From: Pavona decussata
Taxonomy: Eukaryota
Direction of reading: 5' to 3'
Assembly (NCBI GenBank): GCA_977016875.1
Contig: CDRNST010000088.1
Location: 1,736,001-1,800,000 of the forward strand
Length of the DNA: 64,000 nt
Shown here piece after piece: positions 51,301 through 64,000 of the stretch. Each line of letters opens with the position of its first letter. The first letter of the stretch is position 1. Position numbers and translations under genes: made by a program. The notes beneath the pieces are model-generated. The model worked only from the letters and a program-made list of their open reading frames with translations, searched no databases and was not told where the DNA came from.

Positions 51301-53424
51301 CTCGTATCAGTTTGTTATTGCTAGCCTTATTTCAATTGATTAGTCTAATCCGCTAAAGCACAGTCCTGCGAGTGGCTGTTTTGAATTCGGTGCCTTCCCC
51401 GACTAAATCTCACGTTTTCGTGTTACACAAGAAAATAGAGTTGACACACATGAAACACGTTTGAAAACTCTAACTTTAATCGAGAACATATAAGATACAA
51501 TGACAGCTTACTCCTTTGTTTTCACTGCTTAACAATGTTACCTTCTCTGCTGCGGTCATAAATTAAAAGGAGCTACCAGTACTCTCAAATATGTAACGAC
51601 CTAATCTGATTACACGCTGCCAGTAAATGTCAGTTGGAACAGCAAAAATTGATTTGCAACAATTTACCACCAAATATAAAACATAACATTGCTCTCATGC
51701 GATATGCAGCTCAGGAATTAACTTCCTTTTGTTTAAGCTGTGTAAGAGACAAAGGTTAAAAACTGCGTCAATAACGACAAAGTAAACGACAAAGTAAACA
51801 CAATTACCGGAAAGTTATTGATTACGCCCAACAGGGTTTTACCTGTTACAATGCTTTTAACCTCGCTTAACCTCGGCATGCTTCTGGAATTAGTACATGA
51901 CGGATATCAACTGTTCTTGTCATTTAAATGTGGTATTTACTTTTCTGTTAATATGCTCATAACATCCTTTTTTGGTTATTCTCCAGGGGGAGAAAATGGT
52001 TGAATCTATTTTACATACTGACACGGTCAAAGAGTCGAATAGCGGTACACGTAGTATAAGATCAAGGACATAGGTTAGGCTCATAAAGCAAACACTATGG
52101 CATGACATTCCTTAAGGATAATACGTGACTGATGTAAACCAAGGTAAACAACCTACTGATGACTGAACCCGGGTAATGCGGATGCTAAAAGGGTCTCTGA
52201 AAAGGACATCTAACAGTGTCCGTATCAGCTATCCGGGTGGTAAACGTCAAGGACATGTTTTATCGACACAAACACTAAAACACATAATTTAAAAGCAACA
52301 GAGCCGCGATGTTTAATGTCTTGACTATAACTTAAATTCAAACTAAAAAAAACCTCATGCTCACGGCATTCCAAATGGTCTTGCGCTAAACTACGCATGT
52401 TCTCTCAGTCCTTCAAACACGACTGACAACGTAATCCTGTGACTTTGCTTTGTTATTTTCAATTTGCGGTTAATCCAGACGGACTTAGTATTAGACAATT
52501 AATTCAGTGCGTAGATAACCAAATGTCCGTAAACTGAGCTAGATTACCTCTGGTTTAAGAGCGTGTCACAACGGAAAGGTGTCGGTCTTGAGCGGACTAA
52601 TAAACGAGGTTTTCGTCGGAACAAACAGAACTGTCCGTAACAAGCGGAGATCCGCAAAGCGGGCTTACCGCACTGTTATCAAGCCGCACTGTTATAAAGC
52701 CGCCGATATTTTGCCATTTCATAAAGAAGTTAAATGTCGCATATGCGTCGGATCCGTAGCGTTGTACTTTAATTGACTTCGCGGATATGACGAGGAAATC
52801 GTGCATTCTTTACTGCCGCTCCACGAAATTACTTTTTCTCTTAGAGTTCTTCCTATCGTCATACATGGGCTAATAATAACACTGAGATGTCCGTAGCAAG
52901 GAAATCGGTTTGCTGTGACAAAATGAGTTTATACCTATGACGCAGTTTGTTAGAGCCGGCAATGTTCCCTACACGAAACCGCGTCAGTGGTATGCGATTA
53001 AAATAAAGTTCCTGCTTACCCTTTTGCCGTAACCTTCAGGTGGATTATGAAGTTGGTTGATAATGTTAGCAAAGCTTATCCTTAGAAGATTTAGCAATAT
53101 TTGATCTTTAACGGAAGAAAATACATTTTGTCACATTTCTAAAGCAAGAAAACTAAGTTACTTACAGAATCTCAGCATTGCGGAATATTCACCGTTTGGG
53201 AAAAAAATTGACCTTAAACAATTTACCCGAAAAATGAGCCCGATCCATGTTCCTTGTGAGAAGTCAACTGACGCAGCATGAACACTTGTTGAAGCTTCCA
53301 AGAATACAACATGATTTAGAATGCAAGGCAAAGGGACAACACGTCATGAGAATAAGACTGACGATGTATCCCTAAAGAAAAAAATGATGCTCAACTTAAC
53401 ACACACAGCTTCCTCTCAGATTGG

Positions 53425-53511
53425 TATATAAGGCACGGTATGGACTCAACAACCAAACAAACTAAGACTCACTCAGACAGAGAAAGTCAGCCAAAGAAAC
53501 TGAAGAGAAAG
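53425..53511 (+). promoter_or_regulatory. Gene C TATA box and non-coding exon 1
   Basis: attggTATATAAgg at 53425 and donor AAG|GTAAGC at 53511/53512. Confidence 0.7.
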
Positions 53512-54173
53512 GTAAGCTACAGCTATCACTAAGCTTACAATGAAATAGTGAACAAGACCTGCACATTGTGGGGTAACTGAATGGAGGCATGTGGTGTACT
53601 TTAAAAAGCGCGTGCGAACCATCGCTTGCCCTGTTGACTAATATTCTTGAACAACGGTTTTGTTGAGTGTTTCTCATAAATTATATTAAGAAAACTGAAG
53701 ACAGCATTGGCTTTGATACAACCTTTTTAAACTTTTTATAAAAGTTCCAAGAATGATGTTGTCGTCGTGGAGTATAACCCTTAACTATAACTTTATTATT
53801 AAAACTTGGTCATTGTATAATGCATTCCATGAATTTGGTTGGTCAAGCTAAATGATTGGCTCTACTAAATTACAACCAAGCTAAAGCATGCTATATGCAA
53901 GAAGTTGATTTAAGGTTGATAGAGTATTACGGACAACGTCTTTGAGTGAGGTATGTCCAATTGTATACCAAAGATGAAAAATTAAAATCGCAACTCCCTT
54001 TGAACGTACTTAGCAAAACTGTTTAAAGTTTCGTCTGCTTACTTGGCACTCGTTTAGTTAAACCAAGTACATAACCAGAAAATGGAATAGAAGTTAAGGA
54101 GCCAATTCCGACACATTTACCAACAATAAAATAATCAATGATACATTTTTTCTTCACACAAGAAAGTCAAGAA

Positions 54174-55999
54174 ATGGAAGTCACCAAGGTCCTCATCGCC
54201 GTCACATTTGTAGCAACATTATGCTCCATAGCTCTAAGCGCTCCAGTAAAACCATCACCAACTGAAATTCAAGTCCTCGCGGATGTGATTTCTCGAGTGG
54301 TCAAAAATGGCACTCAAGAGGTATGAATTGTTTTGTTTTTTTCATAGCAACATTGACAATCTTGGTTCGCAAATGTCACGAAATGGTAATGGCTCTCAAA
54401 AGAAAAGAACTACCTCTTATTGACTAAAGCTAGCAAGTCATCACGGGTATTATTCGATTTCTTAGGAATTTGTCAAGGAAATTACTTATTTTAATATTTT
54501 CCTCATTGAGTCATGCAGAGTCGGATTTTTTTTTTTCATCCCTTTGGGGATAAAAAGCAAACACTTTGACACAACAAGGCTACTCTTCTGTTTTCGGGAG
54601 CTTAGTCCTGCTCTAGTTTTTTGGATTTATTTATCTGAGCTACAAATATCTTCCCTTTGAACACTTTTTTTAAAAGGGGGCTCGTTTGGGGAACTTGGCA
54701 AGTTAGATATGATGGTCATTTTCATTATATTTCAGTCCTCTATTAGCGCTTTATTTGATAAAGACTAACGTTATTGGCCAACATGTTTTGCAGATGACAG
54801 GCCTGTATAGTCTGATAACATCAACAAACTATATCCACAATTCACTTGTGATGCTCCCGAATACGAACACACAAAATTGTTTATCAAATCAGGTATGTAC
54901 CGCTTTAAATTTCAATTTCATCAACAAGGTGATTAAGATAAACGTCTGTTGTTAATCTAATTTGCTATACTGTAGTGCCAGTAAGACAGTCAGAGATTTG
55001 AACGAGTTTTTGTTTTATAGAAATCGAAGGACAAGCTCGCTATCGCGTACAAGAAGCTGTTTGTATTCAGAAGTCCGCTGTACATGGCTTTCTCTTACGA
55101 AGAAACCCAAGGAACTCAACACAGAATGCTGGCCAAGGTGCTTAGGAGCACAAGCTCTTACGTCAATGGTTCAACTGTCCTGCTATATCGCATGGTAAGA
55201 AACCAGAAAGGCTTTATTATACTTATTATATTCAGGAGCCCATTGGCTCCTGTTATATTATTATACTTAATATTACCAAATAAACGTTAATGAACTCCTG
55301 CTACTTTAATTTGTGGAGGATTAAAGCTGAACACAACTTTCAATAGCTACAAGCCCAACATTCCAATGGAAAACATTTATACTTTGAGAAAGCTGGATAA
55401 AAACCAACTGTAGGCTGCAAGAAGTGCTTAAACCAAAATTTCACTAACGCTCTTGCTTTTTCAAGATGCATTTTTATGCTAAGGAAAGTGATTTTAAAAC
55501 TATAGCAACCAATCCTTAACATACCACTTCATTTATGTAGCAGCAAAACAAACTATGTATTACATCTTTTCATTCTTGAATGAAATTTTAGATGAGGTTA
55601 AATCACTTCCCCGTGCCCACCGTCCAGGCTGGAATGTCTGAAGCTGATCTGGATCAATTCTGTCGTGGATACCTTCAAGGTCTTGTCGACAATAATTTAG
55701 TGGTAAGTTATTTTAAAATACAAAGCTCATTCATGCACAAAAATACGATAAAGAAATTCAAGAGAACAATAATGCTGGGAAATAAAAGAATATCTACTTG
55801 TCGATTTTGAGTATCTGTTTATGTAAAATTACTTTATTATGAAATCACACGTGAGTTATATCTGTTAAAAAAGGAAAAGAAAGTCGACCTGCAGCAATGT
55901 AGCAAGTGGATTGGGTGCGTTTGAATCATTAAGATTAAATTAAGAAGTAATAAAAATTTGTTAGTGCGCTGTCGAAGAAAACAGAAAGTTTTATATTCT

Positions 56000-56030
<31 letters not shown>

Positions 56031-56273
56031 TGAATAGAGTGGCATCGAAAGAGAAAACTATTGCGTAACACTTTTCCTTTGTTTTGGACCTATGTCTACT
56101 GTTATAGAAAAAACGTAAGTTATATATTTAACAACCATATTATTGTTAATTCGTTATATCTACAGAAACTTGTTATTACCGATGATGTGGTGAAGATTTT
56201 TCGCAACTATCTCATTCTCGACTCACTTAAGGACGTCATCGGACAGGTGTCCATCTGTCTTGCTAATATCTAA
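54174..56273 (+). CDS. Gene C: secreted 212-aa predicted helical-bundle (cytokine-like) protein, about 93% identical to B. Coding exons 54174-54320, 54794-54892, 55021-55194, 55592-55702, 56166-56273
   Basis: MEVTKVLIAVTFVATLCSIALSAPVKPSPTEIQVLADVISRVVKNGTQE|MTGLYSLITSTNYIHNSLVMLPNTNTQNCLSNQ|KSKDKLAIAYKKLFVFRSPLYMAFSYEETQGTQHRMLAKVLRSTSSYVNGSTVLLYRM|MRLNHFPVPTVQAGMSEADLDQFCRGYLQGLVDNNLV|KLVITDDVVKIFRNYLILDSLKDVIGQVSICLANI*. Intact frame, phase-0 introns, AATAAA at 56790. Confidence 0.9.
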
Positions 56274-56328
56274 TGTGGTAAGAAACGATTCCACTGCCCC
56301 CTGGGAGAGGCAAGACTAAATATTTCTG

Positions 56329-56353
56329 TTATTTATTATTTATATTTATTTAA
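56329..56353 (+). promoter_or_regulatory. AU-rich element cluster in the gene C 3'UTR
   Basis: Same ATTTA cluster as in B. Confidence 0.6.
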
Positions 56354-57806
56354 AAAAGCTGGAAAACTTATTCAAATAACCTTAAGTGATATTTTAAGGC
56401 AAATTGGTTACTACAGATTATTTATCACGCGACATTCTCTTACAAGCATCTTCATTATTTAAAATTAAGAAAGCGTGAATTCCTGTACTTCAAACCAGTC
56501 CTTATGTTACAATGTCCTTTGTGGAAGGACTTTAGTCTTTTATTTCTAGATTCCGTTATTTTTTTACAATTTTCAAGTTTACTTTGCTATCTACAGTAAC
56601 GCTTTTGATATTTTAAAGAAATGAATAGCAACTAGTTGGTATTTATCCTATTAAGTTTCCCTCTGCGAGAGACAACCTTTTTGTATTGAGATTATTACTT
56701 GTTGCTGATCAGGATCAGTTTATATTGTAATCTGTTACAGATGTTTTAATGACTGCAAACCATTGTATACGTGTTGTTGTTAAATTAACAATAAAACGTT
56801 GGAAAAACAACCGAATTATTTTCTCTTTTATTCCTTTTTTTTCTTTTGCATAGTTCGTCTAACGGTATCTAAAATTTTGCCTTTTTGTTGAAAAAATCTA
56901 ACCAGTGGAGTTAGACTTCAAAGTCGACCATAATCCAGTATAATTAATGCAGGGTTTATTCTGGGCACGGGACGTATGCGTGATAGAATTAACACCCGTA
57001 TGACCGTATGTAACAGACCAGGTGAAAACAGACCTGCCCTGACGGGTTATTATTCCCTCCCTGGTGGAATGCTTACTTCCCTGGACCCTGGTGACGATAT
57101 AAAAAGTCCCTGGTCAGTTTCATTTCTTCCTGGAGATGAATTTTACTTTCCAGGTTTCATATGCTCCCGTGGCAGAAAGAAAAATCACGAATTTGTTTCC
57201 GAATCCATTTCTTGCTTCTGTTGTTAGGCGAAAACTCTTTCAATGAACATGAAATAAATTACTTGTGATGGAATTCGGTGTGATGCGTGATAACTGATCA
57301 ATTTAATTTCTCTCTAGAGTAGAATTTGGTTTCCCTGGTCAGTAGACCTGCGTTCTATGATTTCCACTGGACACTGATAGCCTGTAGTCCCATCGTTTTT
57401 AAGTCTAGGTACATTGTTTTGTTTCGTCCTTTTCGACCAATCATGTGAGACATTGCAAGCGGTGTAGTATCACCCTTTTCTGGTTGCATGAGCTGCCGTG
57501 GCAGAAAAAATTCCGGCGAATTCGTCACCGAATCTCATTCTTGTTTCTTTTACACGGAAACTCTTTCGATGGACATGGATTACTTGTGATGTTATCTGGT
57601 GTGATTTTGTGCAAAACGGCTGCTGCGGGCTTAGGAAGTCCTCCGACGAAATATGACCGGTGCAGATATAATCCACCACCATCTTTTATTTCTGTAACTT
57701 TGCTGGTAACGTAATCTTGGTGGCAGTGTGTCCATCTGTGCAGGCCATGAGTAGCTATGAGTAGGGAGGTCACGATTATGATTAAGGATGAACTGTTGCC
57801 GTGTAT

Positions 57807-58208
57807 AAGGGGCACCCAACGGATTGTTTAGGTAAATTATCTGTTCGGAAGGCCCTTAATCCCCTACAGTTTTCTAAAGGGAATTTTCACCTCAAACTTT
57901 CGTGATATGGGAAATTTAAGGCCTAGTGTTTTCGGATTGATAAAAATGTCGTTTCAGGTGCCGAAAAAAGGTCAGCTAAGATTTTCGGAAAGGAAAGAAG
58001 ACCTAATTATATAAGGTTTTCGGGAAATGGACAAAGATGCCCTAGTAATTTCAAAAAGACTCAACCTCCCCTAGAACGACCGAACAGATCAAAATATTAC
58101 ATTGCATAGCGCGGCCTGAAATGAACCTAGAGAGCTTTAAAGGCACTCCAGGTAGACTAAAATTGCGTTTCAAAGTATTTGAGAGAAAACTTTCGTTGGT
58201 TACCCCTG
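57807..58208. mobile_element. MITE (C-unit specific)
   Basis: aggggcacccaacg... / ...cgttggttacccctg; empty site in B at ~46175. Confidence 0.75.
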
Positions 58209-58731
58209 TTTGTATGGGGAGAAACTTGGAAAGAATGGAACTACGATTGCCGACCAAAACAAGTCAAATATGAGAACCATTCACATGCACACAATGTTTA
58301 GACCGATAAAACGCCCGATGAATTTCCAGAAGCCACAAACCATCATTTTCCAACTTGCAGAAGGACATAAATTAAACATTCCCCCGATATGTAACGCATA
58401 CGGTATCTTTCGGATGACCGTCCTATGATGTCGCTTCGTGTGCGACTTGTTTGGTCTTTGAAATTTGTGTTGGACCTCGATTTTGAAAAGGGAAGATTTT
58501 CTGGCTACTAGAAACTTATTGGAATAAAAAGCACACCGTTTATGCCATAGAACCTACGCACATCGATGAGAATGTTGTGAATGCGTGCTTGCATACAATC
58601 GCGAAAATCACGCACAAAATGTCATTGAACGCATATACACCCCCTGCGTATGATGAAATTCAAAGAATAGTCTAATTTGAGGATTCCTTCAAACAACCAT
58701 GCGTACGTGGTTATTGCAAGAAGACGACAAG

Positions 58732-59095
58732 AGAGACCTTTAGATTCTAGAACGAGTACAAGTACGACTACAAGATTTGACTTCGAGTTTTTAGCGAAGT
58801 ACTAAGAACAGATATATCACAGAAAGTTTCGTTTCACTTTTTACAAACGACGAACTTGACGCAGTTGGTTTGAATGATGATAGTTCAGCCCTTTCGTGTT
58901 TCCAAAAAGACGAGATCACCTACGTTTCGAGGACTCGTTTTCGCCACTACGAGATTCTTACAAAAACTCGTAGTAAAATGACGACAGCTATCTCGTTTTC
59001 CCACCAAAATGACACTGCTTCACGGGCGCGCGCTCTTTGTTTATTGGAGAAACTCGTAGTCGTACTCGTACTCGTATTAGAATCTAAAGGTCTCC
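58732..59095. mobile_element. MITE with 3-bp TSD (C-unit specific)
   Basis: AAG|agagacctttagattcta ... tagaatctaaaggtctcc|AAG; empty site in B at ~48656. Confidence 0.8.
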
Positions 59096-59398
59096 AAGGA
59101 GAAAGACGGACGACGAGAAAGCAACCTTAGATTCGGTTGAAGCAGAAGGGACCAGCTTGCCTATAAAAGTTGCCTCAGTTGATTTGTTTACAAAATAGAA
59201 TGCAACACTTTTATTTCCAAATAAAACTTAGGTTTTGAAGATGGTTGCAACTGGGTCAACCTGTTTTTCATAACATATATACTACATAGTTAGATCTCAT
59301 AAATCACTGGCCTCCCTGGAAGAGTTTTGGGCTTTCTGGTGAACAAACATGCTCCGCAAGGTTAGTTACGAAGTGGTGCAATAATCTAGTTGTTATAG

Positions 59399-60314
59399 TT
59401 GCGTCGACGAAGGAGACGCTTCCTGATCGAGTCGTCCCAATACTGTCCATCATGCCCATCGCGCGTATTCCTTAGCGCAAAAAATCGAGAAAATATGTCG
59501 GTGCAAAATCGCACCGTCACAATAGCATAATGAATATGACAGTCCATCATGCCCAGCGCGTTTCGTACCCAGTGCCTACCGCTGTAAATGTTCAGCGGCA
59601 GCAGCCTACCGCTGTAAATGTTCCTAAGCGCGAGTAATCGAGAAAAGAGGTTGTATATCGGATAGGATTGTATATCGGATGGGATTGATATAAAAATAGA
59701 TATTAATAATGTTTTGAAAAAACACACATACACACACACGCGCGGACGCGTTTCGGGTATATAACCCTTGCTCAGTTTGGAGAAAACCGCTTTTTGTACT
59801 AAGAATCTACCTCTGTGCACATGCATGTTATCAAGCGCGAGAAATCGAGAAAAGGTTGTATATCGGATATGATTGATATAAAAATTAATATCAAAAAGTG
59901 CAAAAATGGTTTAAAAAAACACAGACGTTTCCTCAGTGTGGTCATGTCATGCATCTCCGAGGAACTTTTCTTTCACCGTTCATTAACAAAACGTCACAAT
60001 AGCATCTTAACGTCCCGCGTGCGTTTCATCCCGTTCCTCGTGGTCGCTACGAAAAGTTCAAAACGAAAAGTACAAGACAAGGCAAGATCCTTTTCTTTCT
60101 GAAATATTCGCCGCATCCTTGGTAGGATGCCCTATAAACACCTGGGACTGGTAGCATAAAACGTTTCTAACGGCTGTTGACAATTGTTCTGTGAAAATAA
60201 GCTAATGTTTTGCAACTATACTTACAGGTTCCTGTAATTTTAACATGATTAATGCAACCCAGTAGGGTGCCTAAGGGCCTAAGTCGACGCACTATAATCT
60301 TCGATTACTACTAG
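59399..60314 (+). mobile_element. Non-autonomous Helitron2/Helentron-like element (C-unit specific)
   Basis: Asymmetric subterminal inverted repeats tatagttgcgtcgac / gtcgacgcactata, a 3' hairpin taatc-ttc-gatta, and a CTAG end. Empty site ctagttgttatag|tataag in B at ~48970. Confidence 0.65.
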
Positions 60315-63300
60315 TATAAGTATTAATCAATATTCCACTAAAATGAAACGTGTACTTCATGGCATTGTCATTTTGAAGTTTAAACTTGTGCCTTTCCGAC
60401 TATAAAAGAATGACAAAAATTCTAAAAAAAATTCAAAGTTCCTACTTAAGTAAGTCAATAAAAATAATCGTTTCAGTCTTTTTCGTGTCTTAACGCATAA
60501 CATTTTTATCGCCGTGGCGGGTCCATAATCTCCTTTTCGGTGTATAGTCCAATTAGTTTTCGTCACTCCCCGTTCTCTTCGTCACTGTTTTTGTTTTTAT
60601 TTTGTTTTGTTTTTTTGCTTGTTTGTTTTTTTTTTTCAAAACTATGACATCAAATTTCATGTCTTTCCTCGTTTCTAGCTCGGTTGTCGAAATGGAGAAT
60701 GACATGGCTAATCCGTCTATACGGATAATAATTATTTGTGTGAAAACAGAACTTCATAGAAAAAAGGATTATCCTTCTCAGAAGTATAATTCGTCCTTGA
60801 AATTCGTCGAAACGGATAGGTAAACGGACGAATTGTCGGATCATCCGTCTAAAATAATAATAATCGTCCCGTTTTTACATTGAAACGGATTAATTTGTCC
60901 GCTTGAGTACCAATAATCCTTCTTAAACGTATAACCCGTCGCTAGTGTGAAAATGGTCAGTAACTGAAGAATCACATTGTAGACGAAAGGAAAGGAGGAT
61001 CACGGATGCTGAGCAACTTTTCTTCAAAATTGGGCTACTGTAACATTTGGGTTGTTCCTTCATGTTCCTTTACTCGATTGCTTCCCTAATTCTCGGCGTT
61101 CCCTGAGTCATCGTCTTTTATTTAAAAGCCGCATGGGATACTTCGTGAGAAGATGGGCATTATTCCAGATTCGTATTGTGTTACCTTGTCCTTTTTCTTC
61201 GCTGCATGTTAGCCGGTGGAATTTTCGTAATATCTTGTTTTTACAACATTCCGTTGATCAATCTCTGAAATAAGTTCATATCATAGATTGTTTTCCTATA
61301 ATAGCGCTTGCTTGTAGTTGGCTTCGAATAAAATTAACTATGATCCCCGTCATCTGTGAATACGTTTGACTTTTTTCTTCGCTTTCGACAAAAAAAGAAG
61401 TCCCATATTGGGTGGTTTATCGAATGTATGAAGCAACTCCCGTTTGACAATCCTGATGACAAAGCTAGGAAAGGAATTATACTATTCTAAAGACGAGAGC
61501 CCGCACCCACTTTGGCTAGAGCAATCTAAATTACATTTCCACCAAACAAAATTTCCAGATCCGAAGTTCTGCAGGATTGTACCGAGTAATAATTTGATAA
61601 CGCACAGAGGACGCCAAAACGTGGTGAGAACAAAGAAATACAGCGAGTAGCGTGGCTAATGTTCTTATCACGTTTTAACGTCCCCTGTGCGTTATCAGAG
61701 AACAGACCCACGGTAAATGAAATTTATTGTTTTATAGAATTAACAAGACATTTCGCCAGCGAACATTACGTCAAAAACGTTTACGAAAATTTCTAGAGAA
61801 CTGCACACATGTAATTGTGTTCCGCAAACTTGGAGTATAATCCGAAAGAATTTCACAAACAACATTTTCAAAACTAACCCTTATTCCGGCGGTCGCTTCA
61901 CGGCGATTTGTAATCGATTACCCGCTATTACCGGGTTTCTATCGGCGACATATTTGTCTCAGTTCATATCACAACAAAGTTCTCGCTCTTTAAAGCTGGT
62001 TCAGGCGTTGTCAGAATTTTCATCAGAGAGTTTTACCGGCTTTCCAATCAACATTTTGCCAATTTTTTTCTCCTCTACTCACCAAAACAGTTTGCAAAAT
62101 TTTGTTGACTAGTTACTGTGGCTGGACTCCAGAGTCTAGTCACTTCCGCTGGTCACACCACTCACTGACGTCATTCATGCATCATAAACTCCGCTACACC
62201 AATCAAAACGCGTGTTTTACCGCCACTGTTCATTGTGTAAAATATAATAGTCTAATAAAGATTACTTGTGTATGTACTCTTAGGATTTCTTTATGAATTT
62301 ATGCATAGACAAACATACCGCGCTTGGTAGAAGGCGGTAGTATCGCATAGTCTACAGGATCCGGTTAAATTTTGTAGAGTCAGTTAGTATGACTAGTTGA
62401 TCTGGACTGCAAATGTGGTGGAAGGATACGCTCAAGACACTGACCAACTGTTTAATCCACTCTTGAAACCTTTGTCAAATACTTCCTTTCTTTGCATCTC
62501 CTTACAGCAATTGTCTACATATAGTCAGCCGCACGCCTGTGTGGTCCACGGTGCAGGGGGTTGGGGTGCTTGTGGCATGTTCCAATTGAGATCGTGATAG
62601 ACCCATAGCGGATATGTCAGTTTTCGTTTCCAGTATCATCTTCTGACGGAACAATCTTTTTATAGCATGTACATCTTGCAAACTCACATTGGGACAGCAA
62701 ACGTTTGCATAAATCGTCAGAGGCAATCTTAACTGAGAAGTTCTTTAATGTGTATTTTTAACCATTCGAACCATTATTAAAATTTTCCGAACTCTAGATC
62801 ACATCCAAACTAAGGGAAGAGAATGGCGAACAAAGCTTAGCAAACAGAAAAAAGTTTAAAAATGATCACCTACCATGTTTACGTAATTTAGAAAGCTGAC
62901 AAAACATCTCCACTATTTTGTGACTTCAGTGACGTTGCATTATCTTGTCCTTAACAAAAAAAAGTCAACATACTCAAAAGATTTATTTTCTTACAATAGA
63001 TGACTAGTAATTTAAAACTTAGTCGGGTTAAATTGTAAATGCATACCGTTTTAAGCTCAAACAGCGATGAAGAACAGCTAGATATAAATTAGTGATTTCA
63101 TATATTTAACCTCATTTCAACCTCTTGTTGTCGCTCACTGAATTCTTTTAGGTATCATTTTGTTAGCAGTCTACTCACCTGTTGTGTTTTCAGTGTATGA
63201 CGCACATTATGTCTTTTTCTAGCTAATCTAAGAGAATCCTGTCAATTTGAGAGGTTTCGGGGTAGCTCGTATCTGTTTGTTATTGCTAGCCTTATTTCAA

Positions 63301-64000
63301 TTGATTAGTCTAATCCGCTAAAGCACAGTCCTGCGAGTGGCTGTTTTGAATTCGGTGCCTTCCCCGACTAAATCGCACGTTTTCGTGTTACACAAGAAAA
63401 ATTGAGTTGACACACATGAAACACGTTTGAAAACTCTAACTTTAATCAAGAACATATAAGATACAATGACAGTTTACTCCTTTGTTTTCACTGCTTAACA
63501 ATGTTACCTTCTCTGCTGCGGTCATAAATTGAAATGAGCTACCAGTACTCTCAAATATGTAACGACCTAATCTGATTACACGCTACCAGTAAATGTCAGT
63601 GGGAACAGCAAAAATTGATTTGCTACAATTTACCACCAAATATAAAACATAACATTGCTCTCATGCGATATGCAGCTCAGAAATTAACTTCCTTTTGTTC
63701 ATAAGCTGTGTACTTAAGGGACAAAAGTTAACAACTGCGTCAATAACGACAAAGTAAACACAATTAACGGAAAGTTATTGATCACGCCCAACAGGCTTTT
63801 ACCTGTTACAATGCTTTTAGCCTCGCTTAACCTCGGCATGCTTCTGGAATTAGTACATGATAGATATCAAGTGTTCTTGTCAAACAAAACTCCATTATCA
63901 TCTCTATTTATTTAAATGTGGTCTTTACTGAGATAAAAGTTCAAGAATATAGGTTACGCTCATAAAGCAAACACTATGGCATGACATTCCTTAAGGATAA

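Larger units (their letters stand above)
38060..64000 (+). repeat. Recent tandem segmental duplication: unit B (~38.1-51.8 kb), unit C (~51.8-63.8 kb), and the start of a third unit at the right edge
   Basis: Colinear high identity of promoters, exons, introns and spacers (e.g. 38895~52358, 49140~61215, 50148~62105, 51840-52120~63800-64000), apart from copy-specific insertions. Confidence 0.93.

Overview
Eukaryotic, AT-rich, repeat-dense animal DNA. The repeat types and gene style suggest a cnidarian, probably a stony coral; this is an inference. From left to right the window holds: an L1/Tx1 3' remnant with a nested MITE; a Penelope remnant; the last three exons of an EGF + CAP/SCP (GAPR-1-like) gene; a full-length but mutated Ty3/Gypsy LTR retrotransposon (5546-10845); and a Crypton/DUF3504 fragment. 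The main content follows: a tandem cluster of three paralogous genes (A 20811-33509, B 42744-44677, C 54174-56273) that the ORF track shows only as fragments. Each has a TATA box, a non-coding first exon and five coding exons joined by four phase-0 introns. Each encodes a secreted 212-218 aa, predicted all-helical glycoprotein with a conserved Cys pair. The helix layout and motifs resemble long-chain four-helix-bundle cytokines (IL-6/LIF/CNTF family). B and C also have AU-rich 3'UTRs and upstream STAT (GAS)-like sites; A has one such site in intron 1. B and C lie in a recent ~12-13 kb tandem duplication that appears to start again at the right edge, so a fourth copy is predicted. A degenerate BEL/Pao element fills one intron of gene A, and many copy-specific TE insertions distinguish the B and C units.
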